Source of the DNA: Octopus sinensis
Lineage: Eukaryota
DNA: 64,000 nucleotides
Assembly: GCF_006345805.1 (NCBI RefSeq)
Contig: NC_043001.1
Location: 126,542,001 to 126,606,000 of the forward strand
Reading direction: 5' to 3'
The notes beneath the pieces are model-generated. The model saw only the letters and a list, made by a program, of their open reading frames with translations. It was not told where the DNA came from and did not search any database. Position 1 is the first letter of the stretch. Every line of letters begins with the position of its first letter. A program made the position numbers and the translations under genes. Positions 23,526-37,688 of this stretch are shown here, piece by piece.

Positions 23526-24199
23526 TTCAGTTATGTCACGCTGCTTCTACTTTAGAATTATGTTAATGGTAAATGAGTTTGTGGAATACTAGGCCACAAT
23601 TGCCCCATGGGGGTTGAGTTTATAAACCAAGTTGCACTACAGACAAACACAGAAATTAGCACTTATGTGAGTGTGTGTGTGTGTGTGTGTGGTCTGTGTA
23701 AGAAGTCTCAAGCAAGGCGACGATCCACTTAGTGTAAGGGATTATGAAGAAGTTCAAATTGTTGGTCACTCAACAAATGGTGGCTTGAAGTGGGCCGTCG
23801 AATTTTTCCCTGTTGATGTTACGAGCAAAAATAACAGTTGCGCTGCTGGAAAATTTGTTTTTCTGCTTGTTGAGACTTCGTTCTTATTCGGTTCAGTCAA
23901 GTTTTTTTTTACAATAGGACCTTCTAGGCTGCTGTAAAAAAAGAATTCTTCCGTAGCTGCTCTGTGACTTGGTCTATATCTGTGGTCACAGAGACAGTTG
24001 TACACGTTGGAAAGAATTAATTGATATGCATTCAATCTTGTACCTACAGGCGTCTACTTGTATGTAGTTGTCACTGTTAGCCCCTTGGTGAAGTAAGTTC
24101 ACAAACAGCGAGGTTGAAAAAAAACAATTTTCATTGGGAGGAGGAGTTTGTTGATCTTTTTGTGTTTGCCTTTTTTTTTGCTTTGTGTAGGAAGGGAAT

Positions 24200-25520
24200 G
24201 GGTGGGTTTGGTGTCTGTGGGGAAGGGTGGGTGAGAGAGGGAATGGGTGGGGTGGGTATTGTTTGAGGTTCTACTTTACTCTGTCCTTTCTATCTCTTCC
24301 TTTTTCTTCCTTCAGCTACCACCCACTATTCTTCGTTTCTCTTTTCTTCCTGTTGCACCTTCTGCTCCTTTCTGACATCCGCTGGACTTCTCGGCTTCTG
24401 TAGAGAGCAGTGTACTCTAATGAGACCTTTTTGGCCACATTTAAGGCGACGAGGGATTCTGCCCTCCACCCACACTCTCAATATCTCCAGTGGTCACCGT
24501 TTCCACCACATTTTCCAGTGTTTCTGCAGTGCCATGTATGATCAGGTTCAACGTTTGGCCTTTCCATACTGATCTTTTTGTTTCCGTGGCTTGGAGTACG
24601 GCTATTTCTTCTTTACTTCCTAGAAGAACAGCCGCCTCAACCCAAGCTACATCTATTTCCGGTGGGATGCCCTCCACCCTAATTCTGGAAGTCCTTCTTC
24701 CAAGATAAGTAGGTAGAAGGACCACTTTATCCGACTTTACTGTGGCTACTGTGTATTCTTTTGCTTTTCCATCTGACTTGAAATGAACCACAATTGTTCC
24801 ATATCTGCTTCCTCTGGCAAGATATGTTATGCCTTGCCAGACGGAGCACATGGTCTTTTCTATTATTTTTGCCTCAACATTTTCAATTTTCCTTTCTTTC
24901 ACTGAGTACACCTTATATATTACTGCTTTCTTACTCTTCCAATACTTTCTGGGATGGTGACAACTTAACGTCATCACCTACCCTACATGCCATCTTCTCA
25001 TATTTTTCTGTTTGTCAGATCCACCTCCTTTTTTGTGACATCTTATTTCTTTACTACCCACAAGGGGCTAAACATAGAGGGGACAAACAAGGACAGACAA
25101 ATGGATTAAGCCGATTACATCGACCCCAGTGCGTAACTGGTACTTAATTTATCGACCCCGAAAGGATGAAAGGCAAAGTCGACCTCGGCGGAATTTGAAC
25201 TCAGAACGTAACGGCAGACGAAATACCACAAAGCATTTCGCCCGGCATGCTAACGCCTCTGCCCACTTCCGAAAACTTTTCTTCCTTAAGCATTTCTCCA
25301 TCTTATCAACTGCTCGTACGGGCTCCCCCTCCGAAGAGGACAATTCGGACCCACTAAGGTCCGAATAGAACATGTTTCTTACTGTTGACATTGCTGACCC
25401 TCCTCAAGACGGAGAGAAAGCACAACCAGAAAACCGCTGCAGAGCAGCACAAGACAGTCGACTACTCCTCACACAATCAGTAAACACACCAGCATGATAC
25501 GAACTCTATGAGCGAGAAGG
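24200..25520 (-). mobile_element. Non-LTR retrotransposon ORF1 (gag-like) region with a decayed CCHC zinc knuckle and 5' leader
   Basis: ORF 24441..24977, then in a shifted frame VEGRIPRRLKCGQKGLIRVHC (Cx2Cx4Hx4C with C>R and H>L); N-terminus at 25149..25391 is split by a SINE. Confidence 0.6.
25043..25265 (-). mobile_element. SINE family B inserted in the LINE ORF1
   Basis: Matches the family B body and tail. Confidence 0.9.
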
Positions 25521-25626
25521 GAGAAAGAGAGGCGCAGGGAACAGAGAGGCGGGGGGAACAGAGAGAGTGAATAAGCTCAAGAGCTCTTCTATAGAGGTGT
25601 CCTTCCCGAAAGGCTTACTGTCTCGT

Positions 25627-25707
25627 TGCGCATGCCCACCGGAAGTTTGTGTGATCTCGCTCCGGTCTCGAGCAGCTAATGTCTGCCAGCGAGATCTCAA
25701 TATGGCG
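25627..25707 (+). promoter_or_regulatory. Putative housekeeping-type promoter (NRF1-, ETS- and YY1-like motifs)
   Basis: TGCGCATGC at 25627-35, ACCGGAAGT at 25638-46, CAATATGGCG at 25698-707, in a CpG-rich patch. Confidence 0.4.
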
Positions 25708-25996
25708 CGCGCGTCTGTGCGACACTACAGTCTCTTCCAACTCATTCTTTATTTCCTTCTTATAAAACTCTTTCAAGTCTAAAATCTGGAGCAAATATGG
25801 CTGAACTTGGGTTCATGGAGAGAGAACGCTACTCTTTAATATACACTACAAATGATTATGGTATCTTGGGTTATAGAAACTTGGAAGACCTCTTTAAGAT
25901 TCAAAGGACTATGAAAAAAAAGTCTTCCTTCACAACTTCGCCACCAAGAAGGTGGCCGGTCAAAATAAACTCTAAATTAAAACGAAAGAGAACACA

Positions 25997-26034
<38 letters not shown>

Positions 26035-28927
26035 CACAGATAGATATAGATAGAACTGAATATAGGTAGAAATGAATATACATATATATGCGTTTGTGTG
26101 TGTCTATATACACACGTACGCATACATATACATACATGTATACATAGATGTACATGCACAAATATATATGTGTGTGAATGCGTGTGTGTGCCTGCGTGGT
26201 GCGTGCTTGTATGTTTGCGTGTGTGTGCGTGTGTCTTTGTATGCGTGCGTGCTTGTGTGTTTGCGTGAGTGTGTGTGTTGTGTGTGTGTGTGTGTATGTG
26301 TGTGTGTGTGTGTGTGTCTGTGTGTGTGAGTGTCTGTGTGTCTGTGTGTGAATTTACCAGCGAGCGAAAAAAACCCAAACGCCTGCAATAGGAATAAACG
26401 CGTTTATATATTTATTCAAAGACGACGCTGTGAGTCGCTACTCGGCGTTTGGCGTTTCCGTTTTCACCAAGGTGAAAAGGGAATCGCGACCACGAGTAAG
26501 TTTTCTCTCTTTCTTTCACTCTCTCGTCCCTCTTTCCCTCTGTCCCCCTCTCTCCCTCACTCCCTCCCGCTCTCACTCCCTCCCTCTCTCGACCTCTCAC
26601 ACTCTCTCGTTTGTAAATATATGTTTTTTTTCCTGTGATTTTGATGCTACTGCTATTAGCGGTGGCGCTGTTGTTCACTATTGTCCTCGCTGCTGTATTG
26701 AGTTCTAACGAAGGAAACATATTGATAATTCTCTCCAACTTCCCTTGGCACGATCGTAATTATCACATCTAAACCAAGTGACTAAGTGGGTCGGAATTTA
26801 TCAATATTCTATTTAATACTCCTCCGACCCCATCCTCATCACCATCTTTTATCTCTCTATCAATTTTGTTATTCATGAATTTGTTTGTTTTTTTTCTTAG
26901 TTACATGCAAATGAAGAGGCAACCCTTGTGCGTATTTTTTTCCTCTCATTTTGTTGTTGATGCAATTGTTATTGATGTTGATGCTGCTCGCCTTTCTTTT
27001 TAACTCACTTTGATTTTAGCGATGTTTTTTTTGCGTTGTTGTTCTTAACTCTTTTTTTGTTTTCTTTGCTGTTGTGGTTGTTGATGTTGCTTTTACGGTT
27101 TCCTTTCTAATTATTTCGCTGGTTCTGTTGTTGCTGTTGTTATTGTTGCTGTTGTGTCCTTTGAGTTGTTGGCTGTTGACGTTTCTGTCTTTTATTGTTG
27201 TTAGTTTTATCATTGCTCATTTCGTTATTTCACAAGATATTTTTGTTGTTGTTGTTGTTTTGTTGTAGCTCTTGTTTTCACTACGTGAGCCCCGATCGCA
27301 TAGACTGATAATCATCGGCATTCAAACGATGTTTATATCATTGTTATTCGAAATTAGTATATCTGGGATTATATTATTAAGTCTGTATTTATTTTTTTCA
27401 AAGCCAGTACAGTTTATAATATGAAGAAACAAAATGACGATTATTTCAAATTGATCAATCAACAAAATACAAGCTTCCTCCTGTGTGAGCTATTTGCATT
27501 GTTTTTATCATCGTTATTATTAATGCAATTTTTAGGGTGGTGAAAAGATTAAAGTGTCGGGGAAATGCTTTGCAGTATTTGTTCCGTTTCTTTTTGTTCT
27601 GCGTTAAAAATTGACCGAAGTCAACTTTGCTTTCATCCCTCCGGTATCGATAAAATGAAGTACTAATAACGCTCAAATAAGCGGAAATCAGGATTTGCAA
27701 TTTCACCGCCGCTACTGAACGCTTTTCGTCTACTTCTGATATACTTCTGTGCTTTTTAGCACAGGATTCTTTCTCGAGACAAATACCGCAGTTGTGTGGC
27801 TTTCTTCGTTAAGTCAGATATATAGAATACTATTCTGAACTAATACTGCCTCCGTCGCAAATAACGAATTTCTACAAATTCATGGTTCATGACCTCGCCG
27901 AAAGTGCCTCCTCCAGAAGTACTTGCGCCTAAATTAGATATAATGCTTAATGATATTGTTGCAAGGACAAGTCAAGAATTACAAGGAAGAAACCATTTTA
28001 AATTTTGGGGTAGAATGAAGTAAGCTACTTAGTTCCCTTTACATTGACAGGTTCGATTTGTGGCGCGAATGATTTTCTCATTCATCGATTCCGGAAACGA
28101 AATACTGGAATTTGTCAATTTGTCGATAGTGTTCTCTTCCACAATATTTAAGCTTCATGCATGTTGGAAATTTATATTTACGATATTGTTATTATGATTT
28201 CTGATATCAAGACGTTCTAATTAGGCGTTCCTACTGTAGATGGCGTCTGAATGTGTATGAGTGTGTGGATGTGCGTGCGAATACATACATACATACATAA
28301 ATACATACATACATACTACATACATACATACATACATACATACATACATACATGCTTGCATGTATGTATATGTGTATACACACACATATTGTAGGTGTCA
28401 TGAAACTTAAGGAACTTCCAGAGAACAGGAAACATTTCAGTTTTAGAGCAGAGAAGCTCGAAGCAGATAAAGCTATGAATAATATAAATAATAATAAATT
28501 AAATCCCGTTGGATAGTAAAAGTTGAAGGCTCTCAGTGGGACTCGTTCCTTATGACGTCAGCAACAGACAATTCTCTCTGACAAGAGTAAAGTTTTGTAA
28601 GTTTGTAAAATGAATGGCGAAATTCGAAGGATAGATTTGGTCCGATGATAGAACGAATGTCATGTTTATAGATATGGGTTCGAGTTCCACGAGCAGCCTC
28701 CGATATTTTCTATGTATGTATGTATGTATGTATGCATGTTTGAATTAAATATCGTCTACACCAATATATATTTTTCCTTTCCTTAATCTTTATTGATTTT
28801 GCAAATACTGAATATATATTTATATATATTCTTTGCTTGGATTGTGCCGGTGGACTTGGATGTTTAACATCCCTTTGAAGAATTCGATGCTCACCTCTTT
28901 TATATATGTGTGGTGTGTGTGTGTGTA

Positions 28928-29843
28928 CAGGGAGGGTGAAAAGTAAGTAAACATTAAAAATTGGTAATAAAATCCATAATCCTTCAACATATTTATTGAA
29001 ACAAACGATACAAGTTCTTTACTATATGGGAAAACTGAAAGTAAATCTTCATATTTCAGCGTAACCACCAGTGGCATCAACCAGCTTCCACAAACGGCCA
29101 GGAATGGAATGAACAAACTTCTGAAGGATATCATTTTGCATATCACTGAGAACATCCTGAATCCGTGTCTCCAAGTCTCCTGTGTGCGAGGTTTTGTCTT
29201 GTGCACATTCTCTTTTGTGTAACCCCATTGGTAAAAATCACATGGTGTGAGATCTGGACTTCTTGTAGTTCTGGACTTCTGTAGTCACAGAATTCTGGTT
29301 TTAGCTCCTGCATAAGATGAGGTTTCCACGGACGGAAATTCAATTCTTTGAGCAACACCGTATTCATTGTTTGTCTTGTTAGCCCACTGTATATATTATT
29401 TATCTTGTTAGTCCACTTTCACGTGTTGATTTTTGCGGGCTGCGATTAAACATTTTCTGCAATGTTGCCACGTTCTCCGCTGATCGGAATGTCGTTGGAC
29501 GGTCACTTCTTGCATCGTTCACAGAGCTCGTGGTTGTCAGCTTTGTATGACAACTTTATATTGTCTTCGGACGTAAAGTTGCCTGCTTACCTTTCCATGC
29601 ATGCCACCATCTCTGAACCAAAACAATGGAATTCCACACTTCATAGCGTGCTGCTATCTTAGCTTGCTCCCAAACAGACAACCGACCGGCCATCTGGAAA
29701 ATAAGAAATAAGAAACAAGACAATAAGAAAATAAGAAATCCCCATTAGTGTTGTCTGTTTAAAAAATAATTTCGCAATGACTTAAGCTATGCTAAAAATT
29801 CTATAGGCAATTTCTAATACCTAGTTACTTTCCACCCACCCTG
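28928..29843 (-). mobile_element. Internally deleted Tc1/mariner element (DUF4817-like N-terminus) with TIRs and TA TSD
   Basis: TA-cagggagggtgaaaagtaagta ... tagttactttccacccaccctg-TA; remnant MAGRLSVWEQAKIAARYEVWNS and KELNFRPWKPHLMQELKPE. Confidence 0.85.
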
Positions 29844-30516
29844 TATATACATACACATATATACTTCCTAATCATGTTAGTGAATGAAATGTGGGCACTG
29901 CATTAAAGATGTAATATAAATAAACGTCAACTTATTTCTACATATGTATATGGACTGTGGGTATATTTGATCCGATATGCTTGTTTCTACAATAAAAAGA
30001 AACCTCGTCAGCTATAATTATAAAAATTATAAAAATATGTTTCCGGTCGGAATCATTGACAAAGTAATACGTCAGTATTTGTCGTATCCAGAGGGAATGC
30101 AGTTTAAGACGTAAGTGGTGGGGAAAAAACCGAATACTTACAATATGAGCAAAACGTTAAAGAAAGAGAAAGCAGGAGTTAAAAGTACAAAGAAATAGCG
30201 ATATTTATCAGGTGATATGGTTTTAAATTGAAGTATATTTTAGGTTCACGCCTATAGATTATATATCAATAAAAGAAGGAGCAATAAAAATATCGTTTTA
30301 TCATTTCGGGGATCAAATATCACTGCCCTATATGAAATGACGTCCTATGTGTATGAGTGTGAAAGACAAAGAGAGTGAATAATTGAGAGAGGGAGAGAAG
30401 CGGGGAGAGAGAGAAAGTTAGAGATAGAGAGAAGAGAAAATGTGTAAGTGTAAAACGAATTAGAGAAACAGAGCAAGGGAAAAAGCGATAGAAAGATAAA
30501 AGAGACCATGTATTTG

Positions 30517-30551
<35 letters not shown>

Positions 30552-30719
30552 GAGAGGGAACAAGACAAAGGGAGAGACCGAGAGTGAGCGAAAAATTTAG
30601 AGTGACAGTACAAGAGCAGAAGAGTAAGAGAGATAGAGGTTAAGAGTATAAATTAGATATAGAAAGCGCAGAAAAGCGGACAAGCAGGATAGGGTTATTT
30701 AGATCTAAAAAAGAGCCTC

Positions 30720-30860
30720 ATTATCAATGGAGCACGCTATGCCAAGTTACTGAGGCAGTTACAAAAGGCTCTCAAAACCAAATGCCCAGGAAAACTGACG
30801 AAAGGCGTCTTGTTTCATCAGGATAATGCTAACACAAACGTTGTTGGTTTCAATGGCTGT
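30720..30860 (+). mobile_element. Mariner transposase fragment
   Basis: INGARYAKLLRQLQKALKTKCPGKLTKGVLFHQDNA. Confidence 0.8.
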
Positions 30861-31901
30861 TTTTAGGTCCATTCTTCCTGTATTTAATTCACATAGGTAT
30901 ACTAACCTAGCACCGACTATTTGTTAAATTAATTTCTTAGAGATTAACTAATTTGCTTACAAAATTTAAAATTTATTGTTTATATTCTTATACATCTATA
31001 TATAGAGCGGTGTTATATTGTGTTCTTGAGCCAAACGCTTCCTCTCACAATGTTCCCCTCTTCTCAGCTGTAAATGGATAACCATGTGACAAATTGGTTT
31101 CTGTTCAGAGGGAATGTTGACCTGCCTGCCTACCCGCTTACTAGCGAAGTGGCATCATTCGAAAGCTAACAATAATGTGCATTGTGACCAGCAGTGTACA
31201 ATAAATATTCCATAGTCTGGTCGATATAATTATATAGTCAAATCGGTAACGAACGGCGAATTAAAGAACAAAAACAAAAATAACACCGTGAATATATTCT
31301 TTTGACGCTCTGTGAAACTTTTAGAAGTGAAATTAAAAGTAACAAAATGATGTTTCAAGCATGATTCTTTGTTGGATAATGGAAGAAAGTCCAGAGAAGA
31401 GGAAAAAGGCAGAAGGGACGGACAGTAACGGGGAAAGCATGTGAGTTGCTATATGGTGTGTTTGTGAGTGTATGTGTTTGTGCGCAGGCATATACGCGTG
31501 GATAAATATTACGGAAATGATATACGAGGGACTTCATAAACACAAATTTAGTGTTACTGTACTAGACTAATCTGTGTACAAATCACAAAAGCGTTGGTAA
31601 CTAAAGTTGACGATCGATACGATTAATATTTGCCTTTCTCGTGACTAATCAAGGGGCGATATCCTCGCTTATCACGAAGACTTATAAATTATGTAAATGA
31701 TTTATTGCTGACGTAAAATATTTTACATAACGTTACTAGGTTACTGGTGGTCTAGGTTTTATAGCAAAAACATAGATATAGACTGGTTAGGAATGTATAC
31801 ATACAAACACATATATGTGTGTATGTATATAAGTGTCAACATATTTAAGTATATACAAATATATATACATACATACATGCATACATACACACACATGTAT
31901 G

Positions 31902-31978
<77 letters not shown>

Positions 31979-32474
31979 TAATACATAATCTCTCTCTCTC
32001 TTTCTCTCTCCCTCTTATAAACGTCTATTTATTAAAGTGGAAAAATTATCAGAATGACCATTCATTTTTCAAATACAATATATATATATATATATAATAA
32101 TATATGTATGTATATAATATAGATATAGATATATTTATACATACATATTTACATATATTGACATAAGCATACATACGAATGTGTATGTGTGTGTGTGTAA
32201 ACTCACAAAATTTATGAATGACTGCGTGGGTGTACAAAAGATGGAACTAAAAATAACAAATAAGAACCGAAGGTCCCTTGGGATAACTAAGACCCTTTTA
32301 AATCTTATACAATGTTAAAAAGATTATCGTATTTCATTTAGTCACATCACTAACATATTTCACTGACAAGAGACCTTTCAAGTGTGATTTCTATTTTCTT
32401 ATAAACATAACACATCTACAAACACCGCAACTTCAGACGGGTATGTTTCATCTTGGTGGTGGCAAAATACATTT

Positions 32475-32540
32475 GTACACACACACACATACACACACAC
32501 ACACACTAATAGATAGATAAATTGATAGATAGAAACATAG

Positions 32541-32597
<57 letters not shown>

Positions 32598-32622
32598 TAG
32601 ATAGATAGATAGATAGATAGAT

Positions 32623-32707
<85 letters not shown>

Positions 32708-32790
32708 GGAAAGAAAGAAAGAAGGAAAGAAAGAAAGAAAAGAAGGAAGGAAAGAAGGAAGGAAGGAAGAGAAACAGACCGACCGACCGA
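32475..32790. repeat. Compound (CA)/(GATA)/(GA)/(GACA)/(GAAA) microsatellite
   Basis: Direct reading; the 233-aa ORF 32399..33100 is an artefact. Confidence 0.95.
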
Positions 32791-33253
32791 CAGATATACA
32801 GTCAGGAAGATAGTAATATATATTCAGAGATACTTGCTTAGATATGAACCAGACATCTACACACGCATACACATTCAGACCAAGGTGTTTATAAGTATAC
32901 ATACATATGCATTCTTTCATATATATATACATACACATACTCATGCATACATACATATGGATGCATGGATAAAAACAAATGCGTATAGACATATGCATAT
33001 ACAAACTTATACAAACATACACGCATACATGAAAGATGCCTATTGCGCATATGTTAAAAAAATTATCTGTCATAAACCACCCAGGTGGATACTGAACCAA
33101 CGAGAAATGTCAACAACCTGCGCTGTGGATTCGTATATTTAGCTGACATCCTGAAGTATAAAAAAAAACTACATTCATTTTTATACAAATCACATCTTTG
33201 ATGTAACACAGAAAGCAAGGAATTTTCGAGATCGCACGACCTGCTTAGAAATA

Positions 33254-33760
33254 CAGTATTTTCCGGTGTACAACTCGAATTTTTCTGCCCAATATTTATT
33301 TCCCAAACAAGGAGGTCAACTTATTCACCCAGACGGCTACAGAGGAGGAAAAACTCCATGTGAATGCAAGAGGATTTGAAAAGATGGTGACGTTGTTTCA
33401 ATGTTTACATTTCTGGTGCACATGGCGGCGTATAACATAAAATTCAGTTACCTGTTATTTCTATTTATATTTGCTTGGTGTTCATATAGATGTGCAATTA
33501 TAATCATAAATAAGGGCAAATATCAAAAAATAAAATTTAAAGCATTTAAACATTACTTCCAATAGTAATTGTTTTTTTTTTCCTTTTCACCTGATTACGA
33601 AATATTCCATTTTTCTCTGTAGAGAAAAATTGCTGGCAGAATGATTATTCGAGAGAAAGGGGGTCGAATTATGCGGTGAGTATAGACTTAAACACTGATT
33701 TTTTACTGAAACATTTACCTCGACTTATATACAACGTCGACTTGTATGCCGGAAAATAAG
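33254..33760. mobile_element. 507-bp MITE (Tc1/mariner-pogo type) with TA TSD, nested in another repeat
   Basis: TIRs cagtattttccggtgtacaactcga and tcgacttgtatgccggaaaataag; the host sequence gacctgcttagaaa-TA-gcagccaaatctcc rejoins when it is removed. Confidence 0.85.
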
Positions 33761-34501
33761 TAGCAGCCAAATCTCCTTTGAATCTAACCCTAGAAGGATT
33801 ATTGCGGCTCTTGCATCTGCAAGCCTGGTTAATTTCTTCAAACCACTAAGAAAGGTCCCCGCTCTCCAAGCCACCGATGTTTCTCGTAGTGAAAAACAAC
33901 CGACTAGGACTGATACAACTTGGCACTTTTGTCGTTGCAGATGCTGCTATAAGAACGTAAAGAGCTGGACAGTATTCAGCCGAACCTTATAGATGTGTAA
34001 ATTTAGAGCCCTAGATAGGCACGTTCTTATCAACCACGGAAAGATAAAAGGTAAAGTTGACTTCGTTGGAAATTGAACTGAGAGCGCAGAGTCGGAAAAA
34101 ATACCGTGAGGCATTCTATCCAATCTCCTAAAGACTCTGCCAATTCGCTGCCTTCAACTCAAATCCAACCATCTTTATAAAAACAATGATGCATTGGACA
34201 GATACGTTATAGACATACAATAATACCGTTTTCTCATGCCAGAAATTCTTTCGATCAGCGATAAGCTCAGGCAGTGCTGACGAAAGGATAAATAGCCTCA
34301 AGTTGTACTGAACTTATTTCAAGCTGTAGTGAAAGGCATATCGCCCCGTCCGTGGGTGATTCCAATACCATATCAGTTTTTCTACGAGAAGTTATTGCTT
34401 GTATCTCACCCAACCGCTCTCCCATTTCTAGAGGGGCGTTGTAAGTGGTTTGTCATGACACTTCTCAAAACAAATCGATTGAAAGAGAGATATAGGGAGA
34501 G

Positions 34502-34539
<38 letters not shown>

Positions 34540-34659
34540 AGGAGATAAAAGAACAGAAGTTGTGGCCAAATATGCAGTATGACTTAAAACGAAAAAGAAA
34601 TCCAATGGAATTTTCACAGATGCAACGCTTTTGGTGACAAGGTTGGTAGATCAGAGTTG

Positions 34660-35090
34660 ACCTGGTGCTAAACAACACTAGTAAAAACACCATGAGACAC
34701 GAAATAGGACTTCTTTGCCATCGATAGCAAGTTTCAAAATTTTGAAGCGTTAGAGGGAGGACATTGGGTGAAGGCGACCGGATCTGTGAAGCACGGGTAA
34801 TTGGATTCTTCACGACGACAATGCACTGAGCTCTCCTCGTTCATGAGTTTCTAGCCAAAAACAACGTTGCATCGCTTCCGCACTTGCCTTATTCGCACCT
34901 GCATACTTCCATCTCTTCCCTATCATGAAAATGCAGTTCAAAGGTGGCTGTTTGCACACCGTTGTCGAGATTCAGAGCGAATCGCAGAAGGTCTTCTACA
35001 TGCTTACGGAAAACAACTTCCAGGCTGGATTCCAAAAGTGGCATGAACGCTGGTTCCAGTGTAATAGTGCGTAAGGTCAATATTTCGCTG
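34660..35090 (+). mobile_element. Mariner transposase C-terminal remnant
   Basis: NWILHDDNA...FLAKNNVASLPHLPYS...FHLFPIMKMQFKG...FQKWHERW. Confidence 0.82.
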
Positions 35091-35429
35091 TATTTTGCAA
35101 TTAATTTCAATTATTCCCAAAATTTATTCCCATGTTTTCAGTACTGCGATCGTTTTCGGCGACTTTTCGTGACGAATTGTTTTGTACGATAACAATTTTT
35201 ATAACATGGAAATAAGTTTGGGGAATAATTGAAATTATTTGTAAAATCCAGCGAATATTTTCGGCGATATTTTTAGGAGATTTTTTTTTTGCAATGAATA
35301 TGATCATCATTGGGATATGACTCTGGAGGAAGCAATTGCAATGAATTCTCCAAAACAAGACAGAGATCTGTTTGCAGATCTTCCCATTCGGGGTCAGGAG
35401 CTTAAACGCTATATACTAACTAAAGCCGC

Positions 35430-35431
35430 TA

Positions 35432-35473
<42 letters not shown>

Positions 35474-35510
35474 ATATATAATATATTATATATATATATA
35501 TATTATATAC

Positions 35511-35572
<62 letters not shown>

Positions 35573-35860
35573 TATATATATACATACATACATCATACAT
35601 ACATACATAATACATACATACATACATACATACATACATGTATATATGAATATATATATACATATGTATGTGTGTGTGTATGTGTGTGTATGTATATTTA
35701 GATACATACATACACACACACACACACACAAACATATATACGTAAATGTCGAACGATGAAAATGAGTGTTCAGCACCTCAAGACAGACAGCCAGACAGAC
35801 AGGCAGGCAGGCAGGCAGACAGACAGGCAGGCAGCCAGGCAGACAGACAGATAGACAGAC

Positions 35861-35929
<69 letters not shown>

Positions 35930-35930
35930 T
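35430..35930. repeat. (TA)n/(CATA)n/(GACA)n/(GATA)n microsatellite cluster
   Basis: Direct reading. Confidence 0.9.
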
Positions 35931-36209
35931 AAAGTATTTGTTGGTTATATGTTTGTACAATTCAAAAATAAAACACATCATTGATACCTCATGTGTCTTT
36001 AGGAAATCACGCGGAAAGAAACGTACGAAACGTGATCCAGTCATATACTTAGGATGTATATTTCTTCAGTAGAATACACATACAAGTAATAAACATACAC
36101 GGGTCTTCAATATTCGACCTATACCGAAATTAGCCCACTAATGAATGAGCACGTGATGGGAAAATCATAAATGCTTTTATCAGATTCTGTTCCATAAAAT
36201 GACACGTTT

Positions 36210-36248
36210 CTTTGTTTGTTTCTTTCTTTCTTTCTTCCTTCCTTCCTC

Positions 36249-36310
<62 letters not shown>

Positions 36311-36320
36311 ATCTTTCTCT
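36210..36320. repeat. (TTTC)n microsatellite
   Basis: Direct reading. Confidence 0.95.
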
Positions 36321-36943
36321 ATTTCTTTATGCAAATACACTCAAACATCATACACACACATACGCAGAGGATCCCGTACATATACAAAACACCCACAAAG
36401 GGATATGCATATGTACACACACAAATCACGCATACGCCCATATATATATATACACACATAAGTCCGTATATATGTACACACATACGCCCATATATATATA
36501 TGTGTGTATGTGTGTGTGAGTGTGAGTGCGCGCGTGTGTGCGTGTGTGTAATATATGTATGTATAAGTATTTATATATGTGTGTATGTATATATGTATGT
36601 ATGTATGTATGTGTATGTATGTATGTATGTATGTATGTATGCATGTATGTATGTTTGTATATGTATGCAAAGGTTTTCTGGGTCTCTGTGCGCCCCTATC
36701 AACTGTTGACCAACATTATATTCTTTTTCAGTCAAAATATTTTTCTTGAATCAGTTTAATGGATAAATCAAAAGGAAATTACGTTCATGGTATTCCATAA
36801 AATAGCAGTAACAAAGAGGGAAGCAAAATAACATCCGACTTTCTTCTCTTGTGTTGTGAGTCACGTGGTATGTCGTCAATAGTTTTGTAACCACACGATA
36901 CGGTTGTTCGTCTGCTCACACTATGCATACACACACACGCCTT

Positions 36944-36944
<1 letters not shown>

Positions 36945-37006
<62 letters not shown>

Positions 37007-37042
37007 TTATACATATATACATACATACATACACACACACAC

Positions 37043-37109
<67 letters not shown>

Positions 37110-37136
37110 ATATATATACATATATATTATACACAC

Positions 37137-37223
<87 letters not shown>

Positions 37224-37260
37224 ATGATATATAATATATATAATATATATATATATACAT
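36945..37260. repeat. Long imperfect (TA)n tract
   Basis: Direct reading. Confidence 0.95.
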
Positions 37261-37638
37261 ACATGCATACACGTAAGTACATATTATCCATACAAACATT
37301 CTCAGCAGTACTACTTGTCTTCTTTGTGCCTACTCTGTCGGATAACCGCAGCTTCAGGTTTTGTCTTCGTCCCTTCCCCCTTTTTCTTCCACTCTGTCTT
37401 CATTAGTATATACTCCATTTTTAAACCTCTCTCACGCCTCCCTGTTGCTTCCTGGTGTTCTTTTATTGTTAGTTTCTGATGGAAGTCGGTCTAGAACTAG
37501 AAGGTTCCTATCTACAACTTGATCCTCCGAAATGGAGAGATCTATGAAATAGCTTACAATAAAGGAACAACACGGATATTACTTCAAATAAAATAGACGC
37601 CTCTTCTCTTTGTGTGTTTGTGTTGTGTGTGTGTGTGT

Positions 37639-37688
<50 letters not shown>

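Noticed and set aside
29975-30012. Minus-strand CUGACGA...GAAAC
   Set aside because: Helix II cannot close and the GAAA is sequestered in a hairpin.
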